Of a stretch of DNA of 64,000 nucleotides, positions 50,376 through 61,372 are shown one piece after another; within the stretch, counting starts at the first letter, position 1; every line of letters begins with the position of its first letter. Under the pieces are notes generated by a model that did not search any database, was not told the DNA's origin, and saw only the letters and a list, made by a program, of their open reading frames with translations. The position numbers and the translations under genes are program-made. Location of the stretch: positions 1-64,000 of the forward strand of contig CALSPG010000001.1 in the NCBI GenBank assembly GCA_943788175.1. Reading direction: 5' to 3'. Source of the stretch: an uncultured bacterium. Its GTDB lineage: Bacteria; Fidelibacterota; Marinisomatia; Marinisomatales; UBA1611.

Positions 50376-50529
50376 TAATTTGAACACAAAACTATTGAGG
50401 TATCGTTTTTTGATAAATTAATAAATTAAATTATTTTTTGGTTTTTTAGTATTTTGTCATTTTTTTATGATAAAGAATGGTTTTCAGTAATAATTGTTAT
50501 TAATGTTCTAAACGAAAGAGAAGAGGTTA

Positions 50530-52287
50530 ATGAAATTTTTTTATAATTTATTTGTGTGTTCCTTTGTACTCTTTAACTCATTACTTTCACAAGATGGTAA
50601 TACACCTACAAATTTTCAGGTAGACGCTGCATCAATAGGTGGGGTTCAATTATCATGGGAAACTCCCGAAAATTTTAGACGACAGTGGATTAGCCATTCA
50701 AACCTTCAATATTTTGGAGGAATAGGGGCCGGTAGCACTCCTGCTTTTTATTGTCATAAATTTCCTGATTCTCTTCTAACTGATTACCATGGGATGCTTG
50801 TAAAAGATATCGCTTTTGTTCCCTCAGCAGATTCTGATTCTGCATCTTTTCAACCGCTTGTTTTTGAAACCGATTCGTCTGGTATAATACCTGATATTGT
50901 TGGCCGGACAAATCTAGTTTTAAGCGCTCCAAAAGTATCTTTTTCAGAGAATACTGCTTTTGAAAATGAATGGAATACAATTCAACTAAAAAATCATGTG
51001 CCAGGACAATCCATTGAAAATGATGTAATACCATCAACATATGAAATAGATAGTACCAAAACATTATGGTTTGGTTACTGGCTTTATGATTACGTTAATT
51101 TTCCCGCTGGTGCCGATATCGGACCGGCCAATGAATCTCTGGGTAATGTTATCATTTGGTGTCCCGTAGGCGGTTGTTTTGAGTCTACGCTTAATCTTTC
51201 TGCTCAAGATGGGTCTTCTCTTAATTTTGATTGGCTTTTATCTGTAAGCCTTTTACCTGGTAATAATTCGGAAGATACAAGGGAAGTAATATTGTCAAAT
51301 TCAAATGATAACATGATATCTAACAGTTCTATGAATAACTATAGTATGGAAAATGTTAAAATAGATATTGGACCTATAAAAGATAATATATGGATGGAGC
51401 CAATTAATTTAAATGGAAGAGATATATCTAATTATTTTGTATTTGAAAATGGCGTTGTGGCGGATGTTGTTCAACCAGATTATGTTAATTTTAACACTAC
51501 AACTAGAGAGAGTTCGATGCTCGGTCCGAGAAACCCAGGCGTTTACAGTTATTATGTAAGAGCGCAAACAGCAGATGGGTTATCTGATTCTTCAAATGTA
51601 GTTTCTGTAGAACTTGTGAATACTTTACCCGGGAGTTTTGATATGATTGCTCCTGAAAATGGAATAAATATTTCAGTTACTTCATCAAATATTAATAATC
51701 CAAATATGTTCATTTGGACAAACTCAGTAGATACAGATGGTCAAGAATTAACATACTCCTTTGAGATGTGTTCTGTTTCAGATAATGTTGTCTGTTTTGA
51801 CACATCAATGACTGAAAGAATACTTCAATTAACTAATCAATCTATTATTGAAAATTTAAATTTAACAAATGGCAATCATGACCTTTCGTGGACTGTAGAT
51901 GTATCGGATGGAATTGACATTACTACGATTGGAAGTAATGGCGCAGATAGTATTCGGTATTTAACATTTGCAGTAGACCAACTAGAACTAGATATCATTG
52001 AACTTCCAAATAGGTACAGCTTGAGTCAAAATTATCCAAACCCATTTAATCCCTCTACAACTATCTCTTATCAAGTCGAAAAAAGTGAATTTGTTAGTCT
52101 TTCCATATTTGATTTGAATGGTAATCTGATTAAAAATATTTTGCATCAGCATGTTAAGGCTGGGCCAGGGACTGTGGATTGGGACGGTAAAAATAATTAT
52201 GGACAAAACGTAAGTGGAGGTATTTATCTATATTCACTTGAGTCACCTACTTTTTCAAAAACAAAAAAGATGATTTTATTAAAATAA
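50530..52287 (+). CDS. Secreted protein with C-terminal FlgD/T9SS-type sorting domain
   Basis: Signal peptide; LSQNYPNPFNPSTTI...WDGKN..G..VSGGIYLY...KKMILLK. Confidence 0.8.
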   Translation: MKFFYNLFVCSFVLFNSLLSQDGNTPTNFQVDAASIGGVQLSWETPENFRRQWISHSNLQYFGGIGAGSTPAFYCHKFPDSLLTDYHGMLVKDIAFVPSADSDSASFQPLVFETDSSGIIPDIVGRTNLVLSAPKVSFSENTAFENEWNTIQLKNHVPGQSIENDVIPSTYEIDSTKTLWFGYWLYDYVNFPAGADIGPANESLGNVIIWCPVGGCFESTLNLSAQDGSSLNFDWLLSVSLLPGNNSEDTREVILSNSNDNMISNSSMNNYSMENVKIDIGPIKDNIWMEPINLNGRDISNYFVFENGVVADVVQPDYVNFNTTTRESSMLGPRNPGVYSYYVRAQTADGLSDSSNVVSVELVNTLPGSFDMIAPENGINISVTSSNINNPNMFIWTNSVDTDGQELTYSFEMCSVSDNVVCFDTSMTERILQLTNQSIIENLNLTNGNHDLSWTVDVSDGIDITTIGSNGADSIRYLTFAVDQLELDIIELPNRYSLSQNYPNPFNPSTTISYQVEKSEFVSLSIFDLNGNLIKNILHQHVKAGPGTVDWDGKNNYGQNVSGGIYLYSLESPTFSKTKKMILLK

Positions 52288-52386
52288 ACTTTTTAGTTTT
52301 TATCTTTTAAATATCTGAAACCTAGATATTGTTTAGTTTTTATTTTAGTCCACCTTTATTAGATTTATTATGATTATGGAGTATTT

Positions 52387-52851
52387 ATGAAGAAAATTTT
52401 TATTTTTTCAATGTTAGTTTTTATTGGGTGTTCTAAGACACCCGTTGATATGGATGAAAAGCTGTTTGATCGAGGTGGTAGATATATAACAAGACCTGAT
52501 TTCAGTTCAATGTGGTTCTACAATCTAAAAGTTTATAATGGACCTGCTTTTAGCATGCATAAAAATGGTGAGCGTAAAGAAAAGGGCGATATTGTTAATG
52601 GTGCTAAATCAGGCTCTTGGTCAGGATGGGATGAAAAAGGAAATTTAAAATATAAAGGTGATTATCTAGATAATAAGGAAGATGGGAAATGGATGGGATA
52701 TCATGTGAACGGTAAGACTAAATATGAAGGGTTGTATAAAGACGGTAAACAGATAGGTAAATGGAAATATTTTAATAAAAGAGGTAAACTAGCCACAGAG
52801 GAAGAATATAATTCTGATGGCATAGTGGTAAAGTCAAAGAACTTTAAATAG
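52387..52851 (+). CDS. MORN-variant repeat lipoprotein
   Basis: FIGC lipobox; GxWxxxxxxG repeats. Confidence 0.75.
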   Translation: MKKIFIFSMLVFIGCSKTPVDMDEKLFDRGGRYITRPDFSSMWFYNLKVYNGPAFSMHKNGERKEKGDIVNGAKSGSWSGWDEKGNLKYKGDYLDNKEDGKWMGYHVNGKTKYEGLYKDGKQIGKWKYFNKRGKLATEEEYNSDGIVVKSKNFK

Positions 52852-52854
52852 CTT

Positions 52855-53391
52855 CTAGTCTTTTGATTTTTGATGTTCTTTATGAATCTTAGCAAGTTTT
52901 ACATACTTGCTCGCCCAATCTATATTTTGATTTAAAACTGTTTCAGGTAGTTTTTTTACAACTTTTCCTGGAACGCCTACTACAAGCTCGCATGGTTTTA
53001 CAATCATATTCTCTTTTACAACAGCGCCTGCTCCGATAACAGCTCCAGAACCAATAACTGCACCGTTCATAATTATGGCTCCCATTCCGATAAGTGCACC
53101 ATCTTTAATATTACATCCATGTATGATAGCATTGTGGCCAATAGTTACATCTTTACCAATAATGACACCTTGATTATTCTCTAAATGTATAACTGAATTA
53201 TCTTGAATGTTTGACCTTGCGCCAACAATAATTTGGTTAATATCACCTCTTGCAACAGTGTTATACCAGATTGAGGAATCTTTATGCAATATCACATCTC
53301 CAATTATTCTAGCCCCCTCGGCAATGAATGCAGAATCATGTATTGAGGGTTCTTTAATTTTTATATTATCTCTTAATTCTGTTTTTTCCAT
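52855..53391 (-). CDS. Gamma carbonic anhydrase family (YrdA-like)
   Basis: RGDIN, SNIQDNSVIH, TIGHNAIIHGC and LIGMGA. Confidence 0.9.
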   Translation of the reverse strand: MEKTELRDNIKIKEPSIHDSAFIAEGARIIGDVILHKDSSIWYNTVARGDINQIIVGARSNIQDNSVIHLENNQGVIIGKDVTIGHNAIIHGCNIKDGALIGMGAIIMNGAVIGSGAVIGAGAVVKENMIVKPCELVVGVPGKVVKKLPETVLNQNIDWASKYVKLAKIHKEHQKSKD

Positions 53392-53472
53392 AAGTAAATA
53401 CTAATTCATTTATTGAAAAACTCAAAATCATAAATCTTTTATTGAATTAATACATATTAATTTTTATTTGTT

Positions 53473-55147
53473 ATGTTGATTCAATTTCAAAAAGTTAAAT
53501 ATTTAATTGTTTATTACCCGCATTCTCTTTTATTTACTTTATGCTTTTTATATTTGCTACCGTCATTAACAATATTTTTCATCCCCGATGATGTAAGGTT
53601 TGCCGTTTTTTACAATAATTATGGATTTTTAGAAAACCTTAAAAATATTTGGTTGTCCCCGAACGATCTTTATAATAAAAGTTATTCATTTAAGCCTATC
53701 CTAGATTCAATTACTTTAATTGAATCTTCAATATGGGGAATAAATCCATTTTGGTTTCATTTAACTAATGTCTCTTTTCATATTTTTAATGTTATTCTTT
53801 TTTATCAGTTTTCATTTGCATTGCTAAAGCGTAGAGAATTATCATTTATCTGCGCAGTAATATTTATTATCCACCCTATTATGACCAATTCTACATTTTG
53901 GGTTTATAGTAGGACCGAGCTAGTTGCATGTAGTTTTTATTTATTATCATTGATAACATTATTCCGATACTTTGCTAAAGAGCAGTTAATTTTTTTGATA
54001 TTATCCCAACTTCTTTTCTTTTTCGCCTTATTATCTAAAGATGCAAGTATTACTTTACCCTTTGCTCAGTATTGGTTGGTTGTTTGGAAAAAAAATGAAT
54101 TAGTAGAAAAAGGTAGAAGTCGTAGGATTTTATTGAAACTACTTACAGGTAATATTTTAACTGTTTTGATCTTTTTATCTTTTTTGATCATCCTATGTAA
54201 CCAAAATCGATTTTCAATAATTAATAATTATAATTTTAGTGAGTTATTTCAATTTTTAACCAGTCCAATAAATAGTGGTTTGGCAATACTTTTTCCTTTT
54301 CGTTATAATTGGTTTGAAACTATACTTTTTGAAAGGAAATATTATTTGATAGTATTAATAATCCCATTTTTTATTAAGTCGCTTTTTTTCATTTATTCAA
54401 ATAATAAAAAATATTATAAATACATCATGTTGTTTATGCTATTTCTTATATCAATTCTTTATACTAGTAGTTCTTTAAAAACAGGGACTCTGTACCTGCC
54501 ATCATGTTTTTTTGCAATATTTGTGGGTACAATCATTTACAGATCTTACCGGAAGTCAAAAATCATCTTTTTAGTTTTAATATTTTATGCATCAACTCTA
54601 TTTTTTGGAAGTATCAATAATTATAAAGTTTGGGTAGATAACACACTAATTAATAAGCTCGCTTGTAAATGAACTTGAAAATGAATTGACAGAGAACCAT
54701 AGTCTTAATACGTATGTGATTTTAAACTTCCCATCAAAAATTAATCATGCGCCAACTTTAACATTAGACTTGGAACCTTTTATGAATTTAAAAACAAGTT
54801 CTAATCGAAGAATTGTAAATCCAGTTTTTATTGCACATAATAATGGTATTAAGCCAACAGCTATTCATCATTCAAAAGAGGGCATTATTTTAAATGCTTG
54901 CGAAGAAAGTTCATATTTTGTTTTGGAAAAAAAATCATTTAGTCCAGGAGAAGTTCTCGACATTAAAAATGGAAAGATAATAATTCAAAAAATAAATAAA
55001 AAGGGTAAAGCAATTAGAATAATTCTAAAATTAAAAAATGACACATCAGATTCAAATATTTGTTACTTGTATTTTGATGAAAATAGCTTGCAATATAAAG
55101 TTTTCGATTTCTTAGATAGTGCCAATAAGCCTAAAGTATCACTTTAG
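53473..55147 (+). pseudogene. GT-C/TMTC-like polytopic glycosyltransferase, apparently one gene with a frameshift near 54660
   Basis: PDD, FKP, FHLTNVSFH, IHP, SRTEL and LSKD; the second ORF frame is open upstream (LVNELENELTENH). Confidence 0.6.
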
Positions 55148-55254
55148 TTAAAATTTAATAAATGCACATATATTGTTAATATTATCTTTTAAAACAATTT
55201 ATTTGGAATTGTAAAATATATTATTAATTTTAGTTAAAACTACAAGGAGTTTGT

Positions 55255-55635
55255 ATGAGTCCTCAATTAGTTTTAACAATCATTGGTGCGATAAATGTGT
55301 TGATGGGTATTGCCATTTATGTTGGCGCAGAGGGTATTGTAAGTGGTGGCGCTTTTAGTCAACATTTGATAAATGCCACATCTATAACAGTAGGCACATA
55401 CATGCATGAAGCAGTGGCATCTTTTATGATTGCCTTTGGATTTGTTGCATTACTTTGCAGAGATATGGAAAATAAATCTGCAAAAAAGCTTCTTTTCGCG
55501 ATTGGTGTAGCATACATTATAAACCTAGCTAGCGTACTGCTGCATGTCATAAACCCAGAAGTCCATCCTCCTATTCCTGCCGTTATTATAATGTTAGTTT
55601 TAACAGGTGTAGCCTTCTATAGCTCAAAAACTTAA
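55255..55635 (+). CDS. Four-TM hypothetical membrane protein
   Basis: AAGGAG RBS; resembles 39805-40206. Confidence 0.7.
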   Translation: MSPQLVLTIIGAINVLMGIAIYVGAEGIVSGGAFSQHLINATSITVGTYMHEAVASFMIAFGFVALLCRDMENKSAKKLLFAIGVAYIINLASVLLHVINPEVHPPIPAVIIMLVLTGVAFYSSKT

Positions 55636-55686
55636 AAGTAAGAAAGTGCCAAATAAAATAGATAATCAATAAATAAAGGAGATCCG

Positions 55687-56079
55687 ATGCGTTTTATTAT
55701 AAAAATTAGTTCAGTGTTTTTGATATATAATGTTTTTCTTTCAGCTCAAATAATGGTTATTTCTCAAAACAAAGTTGTTTTTAGTAAAATGAAAGAATAT
55801 CAAGATTTAATGGAGAAGCATTGGAATCCAGTTTTTGATAAATTAGTCGACGAAGGCAAACTGAATGAAGTTGGCTCGTTGAGCCATAGCTGGGGAGATG
55901 AATGGAATATTGTTGGTTATTATAAGGCAAAAGATCTTGCTTCTTTTGAAAAAGCATGGTCTGAAGGGTATAAAAAATTTGCGGATAATACCCCACAGAA
56001 TGTTCGAAATAGGATAACTGCGATGATTATTGAGCATAAAGATAATATTTATCAAATAAAACACTCATATTCAAAATAA
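55687..56079 (+). CDS. Exported hypothetical protein
   Basis: AAGGAG RBS, signal peptide, HSWGDEWN and HKDNIY. Confidence 0.7.
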   Translation: MRFIIKISSVFLIYNVFLSAQIMVISQNKVVFSKMKEYQDLMEKHWNPVFDKLVDEGKLNEVGSLSHSWGDEWNIVGYYKAKDLASFEKAWSEGYKKFADNTPQNVRNRITAMIIEHKDNIYQIKHSYSK

Positions 56080-56100
56080 GAATTTCATTCTTCTAATTTA

Positions 56101-56128
56101 AAAGCTCGTTTCTAACGGGCTTTTTTTT
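56101..56128 (+). terminator. Intrinsic terminator
   Basis: AAAGCTCGTT-TCT-AACGGGCTTT followed by a T-run. Confidence 0.8.
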
Positions 56129-56169
56129 AATTTTTTTTTTGCATTAGTTAAATGATTGTGGTTAAGTTT

Positions 56170-56188
56170 AATGAGATTAAGTCTCAAT
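56170..56188. promoter_or_regulatory. Fur-like box upstream of the iron-uptake operon
   Basis: AATGAGATTAAGTCTCAAT, a 19-bp dyad. Confidence 0.55.
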
Positions 56189-56324
56189 AAAGATAACATT
56201 ATATAGAAATACAAACAAACTTAGCAATTTAGGCCTGACCTCTCTTTGAATTATAAGTCTACACTCCAAGAGCATGTTCCAACTCAGAGTCTGGGCCTAA
56301 TTGCTAGAAACAGAAAAAAATAAA

Positions 56325-57269
56325 ATGGCAGAATTAATAATTGTATTTAGGGAAGTTCTAGAGGGCTCTCTTATAGTAGGTATCCTTTATACTTATTTAA
56401 AAAAAACAAATCAGTCTGATGCTATTATTCGATTATGGCAGGGTGTTGCAGCCGCATTAGTTGCTAGTATAATTGGCTCATTCCTCTTTCAAATATTTGC
56501 GAATGGATTTGAAGGGAAGTCAGCGAAATTATTTGAAGGGGTTGTAATGATAATTGCAGCTGCTATCTTAGGGTCAATGATTGTCTGGATGGCAAAAAAC
56601 AGGAATATAGCAGGTGATCTTAAAGAAAAAGCGGATAATGCGTTATCGAGCGATAAGGTCGGGTATAGTATTTTTGCTTTATCTTTTATTTCGGTTTTTA
56701 GAGAAGGTATAGAAACAATTCTCTTTTTATATGGAATCATTATAAAAGAAGGTGGTTTAAATATTGTTTTGTCGCTCATTGGCGCTGCTCTCGGCATTGG
56801 ATTGTCATTTATGATTTTTATACAAGGTCGCAAAGTTCCTTTGAAAACTTTTTTTAACGTGACCTCAGGTGTCTTGGTGTTTGTTGCCGCTGGTATGTTC
56901 ACATATGGAGTTCATGAGCTTGAGTCTGCAAATATAATTCCTTATTACGGTGGTGCAATTAAAACAGATAACAATAATATAATTGCGACAAGAATAAATG
57001 GAGATATAAAAGTATTTACTTTCGAAGATAGTAAAAATAATCGGGCAACAGTGGTCAATAAAGCAAGTAAGTGGGCCTCTCGAATTTGGGATTTAAACCC
57101 GCCAAAAAATGAAGACGGTACTTACCCTGTCATGCATGATAAAGGAGCTGTAGGGGGCTTAATGAAAGGCTTATTTGGTTACAATGGTGATCCTAGCATG
57201 ATCGAAGTAATTGCCTGGGTTCTCGTTGTTCTAGGTCTTGGCTTTACATGGAGAAAGGCAGCAGCATGA
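56325..57269 (+). CDS. FTR1/EfeU family iron permease
   Basis: Two RExxE motifs (FREVLEG, FREGIET); LFGYN. Confidence 0.9.
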   Translation: MAELIIVFREVLEGSLIVGILYTYLKKTNQSDAIIRLWQGVAAALVASIIGSFLFQIFANGFEGKSAKLFEGVVMIIAAAILGSMIVWMAKNRNIAGDLKEKADNALSSDKVGYSIFALSFISVFREGIETILFLYGIIIKEGGLNIVLSLIGAALGIGLSFMIFIQGRKVPLKTFFNVTSGVLVFVAAGMFTYGVHELESANIIPYYGGAIKTDNNNIIATRINGDIKVFTFEDSKNNRATVVNKASKWASRIWDLNPPKNEDGTYPVMHDKGAVGGLMKGLFGYNGDPSMIEVIAWVLVVLGLGFTWRKAAA

Positions 57270-57463
57270 TAAAAACAGTATTAAGGATTCCTTCCTTTTT
57301 TATGACAACTTCACTTTTTTTAATTCTATTTCTTGGTTGTGAGGATGATGCAATCCTTGAGCCTCAAACTGATACGGGTTCAGATGGTGGTAGTTATGGC
57401 TTTTTAATGCTAGAGAATGATACTGAAGTAGATGAGTTTGAAGAAAACCCTGAAATATTTTAG
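57266..57463 (+). CDS. Small acidic lipoprotein
   Basis: ATGA overlap with FTR1; FLGC lipobox; Asp/Glu-rich. Confidence 0.55.
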   Translation: MIKTVLRIPSFFMTTSLFLILFLGCEDDAILEPQTDTGSDGGSYGFLMLENDTEVDEFEENPEIF

Positions 57464-57472
57464 AAAATATAG

Positions 57473-59953
57473 ATGAATAAAATATTGCTCAAAAGCATGA
57501 TTGTTTATTTAGGCCTTCTTTTTTCTTCGTTTTTATTTGCTGACGACGATCAAAATAGTGTTAAAGGCTCAGTAATAAATAACAGCCAAGGAATACCTCT
57601 GCAAGGAGCAAATGTTGAGCTTATGGGTGATAACAGTCAAAAATATGGAGTAACCACTGATAAAGAGGGAAAATTTAATATTGATGATATAGAAGATGGC
57701 AAATATAAGATTAGTATAAGTTTCATTGGTTTTGAAGATTACAGAGAAGATGTCGCTATAGAGTCTGGCAAATCTTACAAAATTGATGCTGTTCTTGAAA
57801 TTCAGCCAATTGCTATGAGTCGTTTAGAGATTATAAGTGATGCAACCGCACCTTATCAGAAATTACCTGGCGCTGCAACTGTTATGGGTATGCAAACAAT
57901 AAAACTTGTTAATCCTTTAGGAACGCAAGAAATGTTAGAACACATACCAGGTATTAATGGCTTTTCCGATGATGGAATTGGAAACTCTCGAATTAGTATT
58001 GGTATTAGAGGTTTGAATCCAAGACGTAGTTCAAGAGTATTAATTTTAGAAGATGGAGTGCCAATTCAGCCAGCGTTATATGTTTACCCTAACATGTATT
58101 ATAACCCTCCGGCAGAACGAATTGACCGATTAGAAGTGATCAAAGGCAGTGGTGCTATTAATTTTGGACCTCAAACTATGGGGGGAGTAATAAATTATTT
58201 CACTCGCAGACCAAGAAATGATTTTGGAGGTACTTTCAAAATAACTACTGGAGAGAATGGTTTTGCTAGTATTTTTTCTGAAATTGGTGGTTCTAAAAAT
58301 GAAAAACTAAAACCAGAATTGCAACTTGTATACAAGAAAGGAGATGGATTTAGGCAAAATAATGAATTTGAACAAATTAATGCAACCTTGAAAATTAATT
58401 ATTTGCCTTCATTAAATAAGAATGTTTATCTCAAATCAAATATCAATTATGAAAATTCAAACGCTACTTACACTGGATTAACAGAATGGTCATTTGAAAA
58501 CGATCCTAAATTCAATCCAAAAGAGAATGATAACTTCAAGATTTTTAGAGCTTCTATCGATTTAATACAATCAGAACGCTTGAGTTCAGTTTTATCAAAA
58601 AATACAACTGCTTTTACAAGTTATTTTGATAGGCGGTGGTGGAGAGAAAATGACGTTTTCATACTAGCGTCTGATCTTGGCACAGAAAGCCCAAGCGCAG
58701 CAAATTATTACGATCCGTATGATTTAGTCAGAGTAGGCAACGGGCAAGACAATTTTGGGATACTTAGAACTTTTTATGTCGCTGGCTACGAGCAGTCATA
58801 TCGTTTAAAGCATTTGCTTTTTGAAAATAAATCCACCTTGGAAATTGGTGCTCGAATATATTGGGAGCGCTTTATCGATGATAAGAAACAAGGCGATAGT
58901 CCAAATAGTCGTGACGGCATTTATTTTATACCAGCTACATCTGAAGACGAGGCTCCAACAATAGTTGGTCAAAGCCATCATTATGAGACAATGGCTTTCA
59001 GTGGTTTCTTAACCGAATCAATAGAGTTTGGCTCTTTTGATGTTCGACCAGGTGTTCGCATTGAGGTTTTTGAACAGGAGAGGATTGATCGCCTTGCTGG
59101 TTCAACTTATTTAGACAAAACAACATCTGCTATTTTACCAGGGGTTGGTTTTATCAGCGAACTTCAAGGTTTTAACTTTTTTGGAGGTGTCCATAGAGGT
59201 TTTACTCCGCCATCAAGTGGTGCTTTGAAGATATTAAATTTTGGGGACAGTGTTTCAGATGGTGGGTTAGATCTTAAATCAGAAAAAAGTTGGAATAAAG
59301 AAATTGGAATTAGAGGAAATATTTCATTTATACAGTTTGAATATTCAGGTTATCATGTTGCAATAGAAGATTTAGTTGCCGCTGGAAGAGGAACTGCTTT
59401 TAAAAATTTAGGTAAGGCTAATACGATGGGTGTAGAAACAAAAACCATCTTTAACTTTAGTGATTTAAACAAACTATTCCCAAGCGTTGATGTTTCTTAT
59501 TCTTTTTTAAAAACAGAAGTTATAGAGGGCGAAATAATATCGAATGTTGCTGGTTCAGTCGGGAATCAAATAGATATTAGTGGAAAAGAGCTGCCATATG
59601 CGCCTTCTCATACCTTAATGGCTGGTATTTATAATGATTTTGGTGAAAAACTATCTCTTAGGGTAGATTTTAAATATGTAAGTAAAGTCTATACAGATTT
59701 TGAAAACATAGAAAAGACTAAAAATCTCGGTATTCAAGGGTCCGTTCCTGAGTATGCTACTATAAATTTAAGCGCTAATTTTCATCACAGCGAAAAATTA
59801 AGAATATATTTATCCGGAAAAAATATTACCGATGAAAGTTATATTGGATCAAGGCTTCATTCTAATCCAGGTCAGAAAGAAGCGGGTCTAAGTTCAGGAA
59901 TAATCATAGGCCCAAGAAGACAGATTAATCTTGGGTTAGAATATACTTTCTAG
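57473..59953 (+). CDS. TonB-dependent receptor (FecA-like) with N-terminal carboxypeptidase-regulatory-like domain
   Basis: IGIRGLNPRRS, LEDGVP, EVIKGSG..FGP..MGGVIN and C-terminal LEYTF. Confidence 0.92.
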   Translation: MNKILLKSMIVYLGLLFSSFLFADDDQNSVKGSVINNSQGIPLQGANVELMGDNSQKYGVTTDKEGKFNIDDIEDGKYKISISFIGFEDYREDVAIESGKSYKIDAVLEIQPIAMSRLEIISDATAPYQKLPGAATVMGMQTIKLVNPLGTQEMLEHIPGINGFSDDGIGNSRISIGIRGLNPRRSSRVLILEDGVPIQPALYVYPNMYYNPPAERIDRLEVIKGSGAINFGPQTMGGVINYFTRRPRNDFGGTFKITTGENGFASIFSEIGGSKNEKLKPELQLVYKKGDGFRQNNEFEQINATLKINYLPSLNKNVYLKSNINYENSNATYTGLTEWSFENDPKFNPKENDNFKIFRASIDLIQSERLSSVLSKNTTAFTSYFDRRWWRENDVFILASDLGTESPSAANYYDPYDLVRVGNGQDNFGILRTFYVAGYEQSYRLKHLLFENKSTLEIGARIYWERFIDDKKQGDSPNSRDGIYFIPATSEDEAPTIVGQSHHYETMAFSGFLTESIEFGSFDVRPGVRIEVFEQERIDRLAGSTYLDKTTSAILPGVGFISELQGFNFFGGVHRGFTPPSSGALKILNFGDSVSDGGLDLKSEKSWNKEIGIRGNISFIQFEYSGYHVAIEDLVAAGRGTAFKNLGKANTMGVETKTIFNFSDLNKLFPSVDVSYSFLKTEVIEGEIISNVAGSVGNQIDISGKELPYAPSHTLMAGIYNDFGEKLSLRVDFKYVSKVYTDFENIEKTKNLGIQGSVPEYATINLSANFHHSEKLRIYLSGKNITDESYIGSRLHSNPGQKEAGLSSGIIIGPRRQINLGLEYTF

Positions 59954-60010
59954 ACCAATATAGACTAAAATCTTATAATAATAATTGATAGCATAATCTT
60001 TTTAATAAAT

Positions 60011-60029
60011 AATGATAATAAGACTCAAT
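60011..60029. promoter_or_regulatory. Second Fur-like box
   Basis: AATGATAATAAGACTCAAT, similar to 56170-56188. Confidence 0.5.
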
Positions 60030-60050
60030 AACATAATAGGAGAAAACAAA

Positions 60051-61349
60051 ATGAAACTAAACAATAGTTTAATGTTTCTTTCATCACTATTGCTTTTTGT
60101 CTTCATTGGGTGTGAATCCAGTGACGATAATGACGATGATGGAGCTGCATTGATTGATACGCCGACTGAATACTCATTTGAGAGCAGGTTTAATAGCGGA
60201 GAAAACAGCGTCTCTTATTCTGGGCAAGTAGTAAGAAACTTACTGATCAATGACATCAAAACTCAGATAGGTACTGATGCTGCTTCTGGTAACCCGGCTA
60301 CGTTAGTTAGTATGATGGCAAATGACAATGCTAATCAAGCTATTCTATCATCTGCTGGTGATATGTCGACCGTACAGGCAAAGTACCATGATATCTCGTC
60401 GAGTCATTTAAATGATAGGCTAACAGCAGTAGATAGCTATGTAATACCTGGATATGGAGCTAATGCTGGTACTTTGGTTAATGGATGGGTTCAAGAAAGT
60501 GTTGTGAACGGTTTAACCAGAACAACTGGTAATAATGCTGGGATTCGTTTAGATCAAATTACTCAAAAGACTTTGTGGGGTGCTGTTTCATACTGGCAAG
60601 GAACTTCAAAGTATATGAGTAAAATTCCAACAGATGACAACTCAGTAGCTAGTGGCGATGCAAATTATACAGCGATGGAACATCACTGGGATGAATCATT
60701 TGGTTACTTTGGTGCTGCGGTTGATTACAACACTGGGTATACAGATGATGTTGATAGAAAATCAAGTCCATACAATGATTCAAATAGTGATGGCTCTATT
60801 GATTTTAAATCTGAATACAACGTTGGCTGGGCGATCACAGCTGCAAAAAGAGATGAATGTAGCGCTTGTGATGTTAACTACGATTTCACAAAAAAAATAT
60901 TCGATGCTTATCTAGAAGGAAGGACACTTATTACTAACCAAGCTGACCTTGCTGATATTTTAGTTCAAAGAGATATTGTGATGAATAACTGGGAAAAAGT
61001 AGTTGCTGCTGTTTCTATTCATTATGTAAATGATGTGGCAGCTGATATTGCTGGATTAATTGCTGCTGCTGATACTGCTATCGTAGCGGGTTCTGACGCA
61101 ACCGCTGATTATGAAAATCATTGGGGTGAAATGAGAGGTTATGCAAATGGTCTTCTTTATAATGATTTCAAAGTCATTACGGATGCAAACCTTGATCGTA
61201 TTTTGACCGTCATGGGTACAGCGCCTGTTTATCCATCAAACGGAAATTTTGATGCGATGCAAGCATATCATACTTCTCTAGTGGGTGAAGTTAGAGCTAT
61301 CTTTAAAGCGTCTTATGGTTTTTCCGATGCTAATGTAGCTGGTTGGTAG
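60051..61349 (+). CDS. DUF4856-like lipoprotein (iron-uptake associated)
   Basis: AGGAG RBS before MKLNN; FIGC lipobox; VSYSGQ and MEHHWDESFGYFG. Confidence 0.75.
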   Translation: MKLNNSLMFLSSLLLFVFIGCESSDDNDDDGAALIDTPTEYSFESRFNSGENSVSYSGQVVRNLLINDIKTQIGTDAASGNPATLVSMMANDNANQAILSSAGDMSTVQAKYHDISSSHLNDRLTAVDSYVIPGYGANAGTLVNGWVQESVVNGLTRTTGNNAGIRLDQITQKTLWGAVSYWQGTSKYMSKIPTDDNSVASGDANYTAMEHHWDESFGYFGAAVDYNTGYTDDVDRKSSPYNDSNSDGSIDFKSEYNVGWAITAAKRDECSACDVNYDFTKKIFDAYLEGRTLITNQADLADILVQRDIVMNNWEKVVAAVSIHYVNDVAADIAGLIAAADTAIVAGSDATADYENHWGEMRGYANGLLYNDFKVITDANLDRILTVMGTAPVYPSNGNFDAMQAYHTSLVGEVRAIFKASYGFSDANVAGW

Positions 61350-61372
61350 ATAAAGGTTAAATAATAGTTAAG

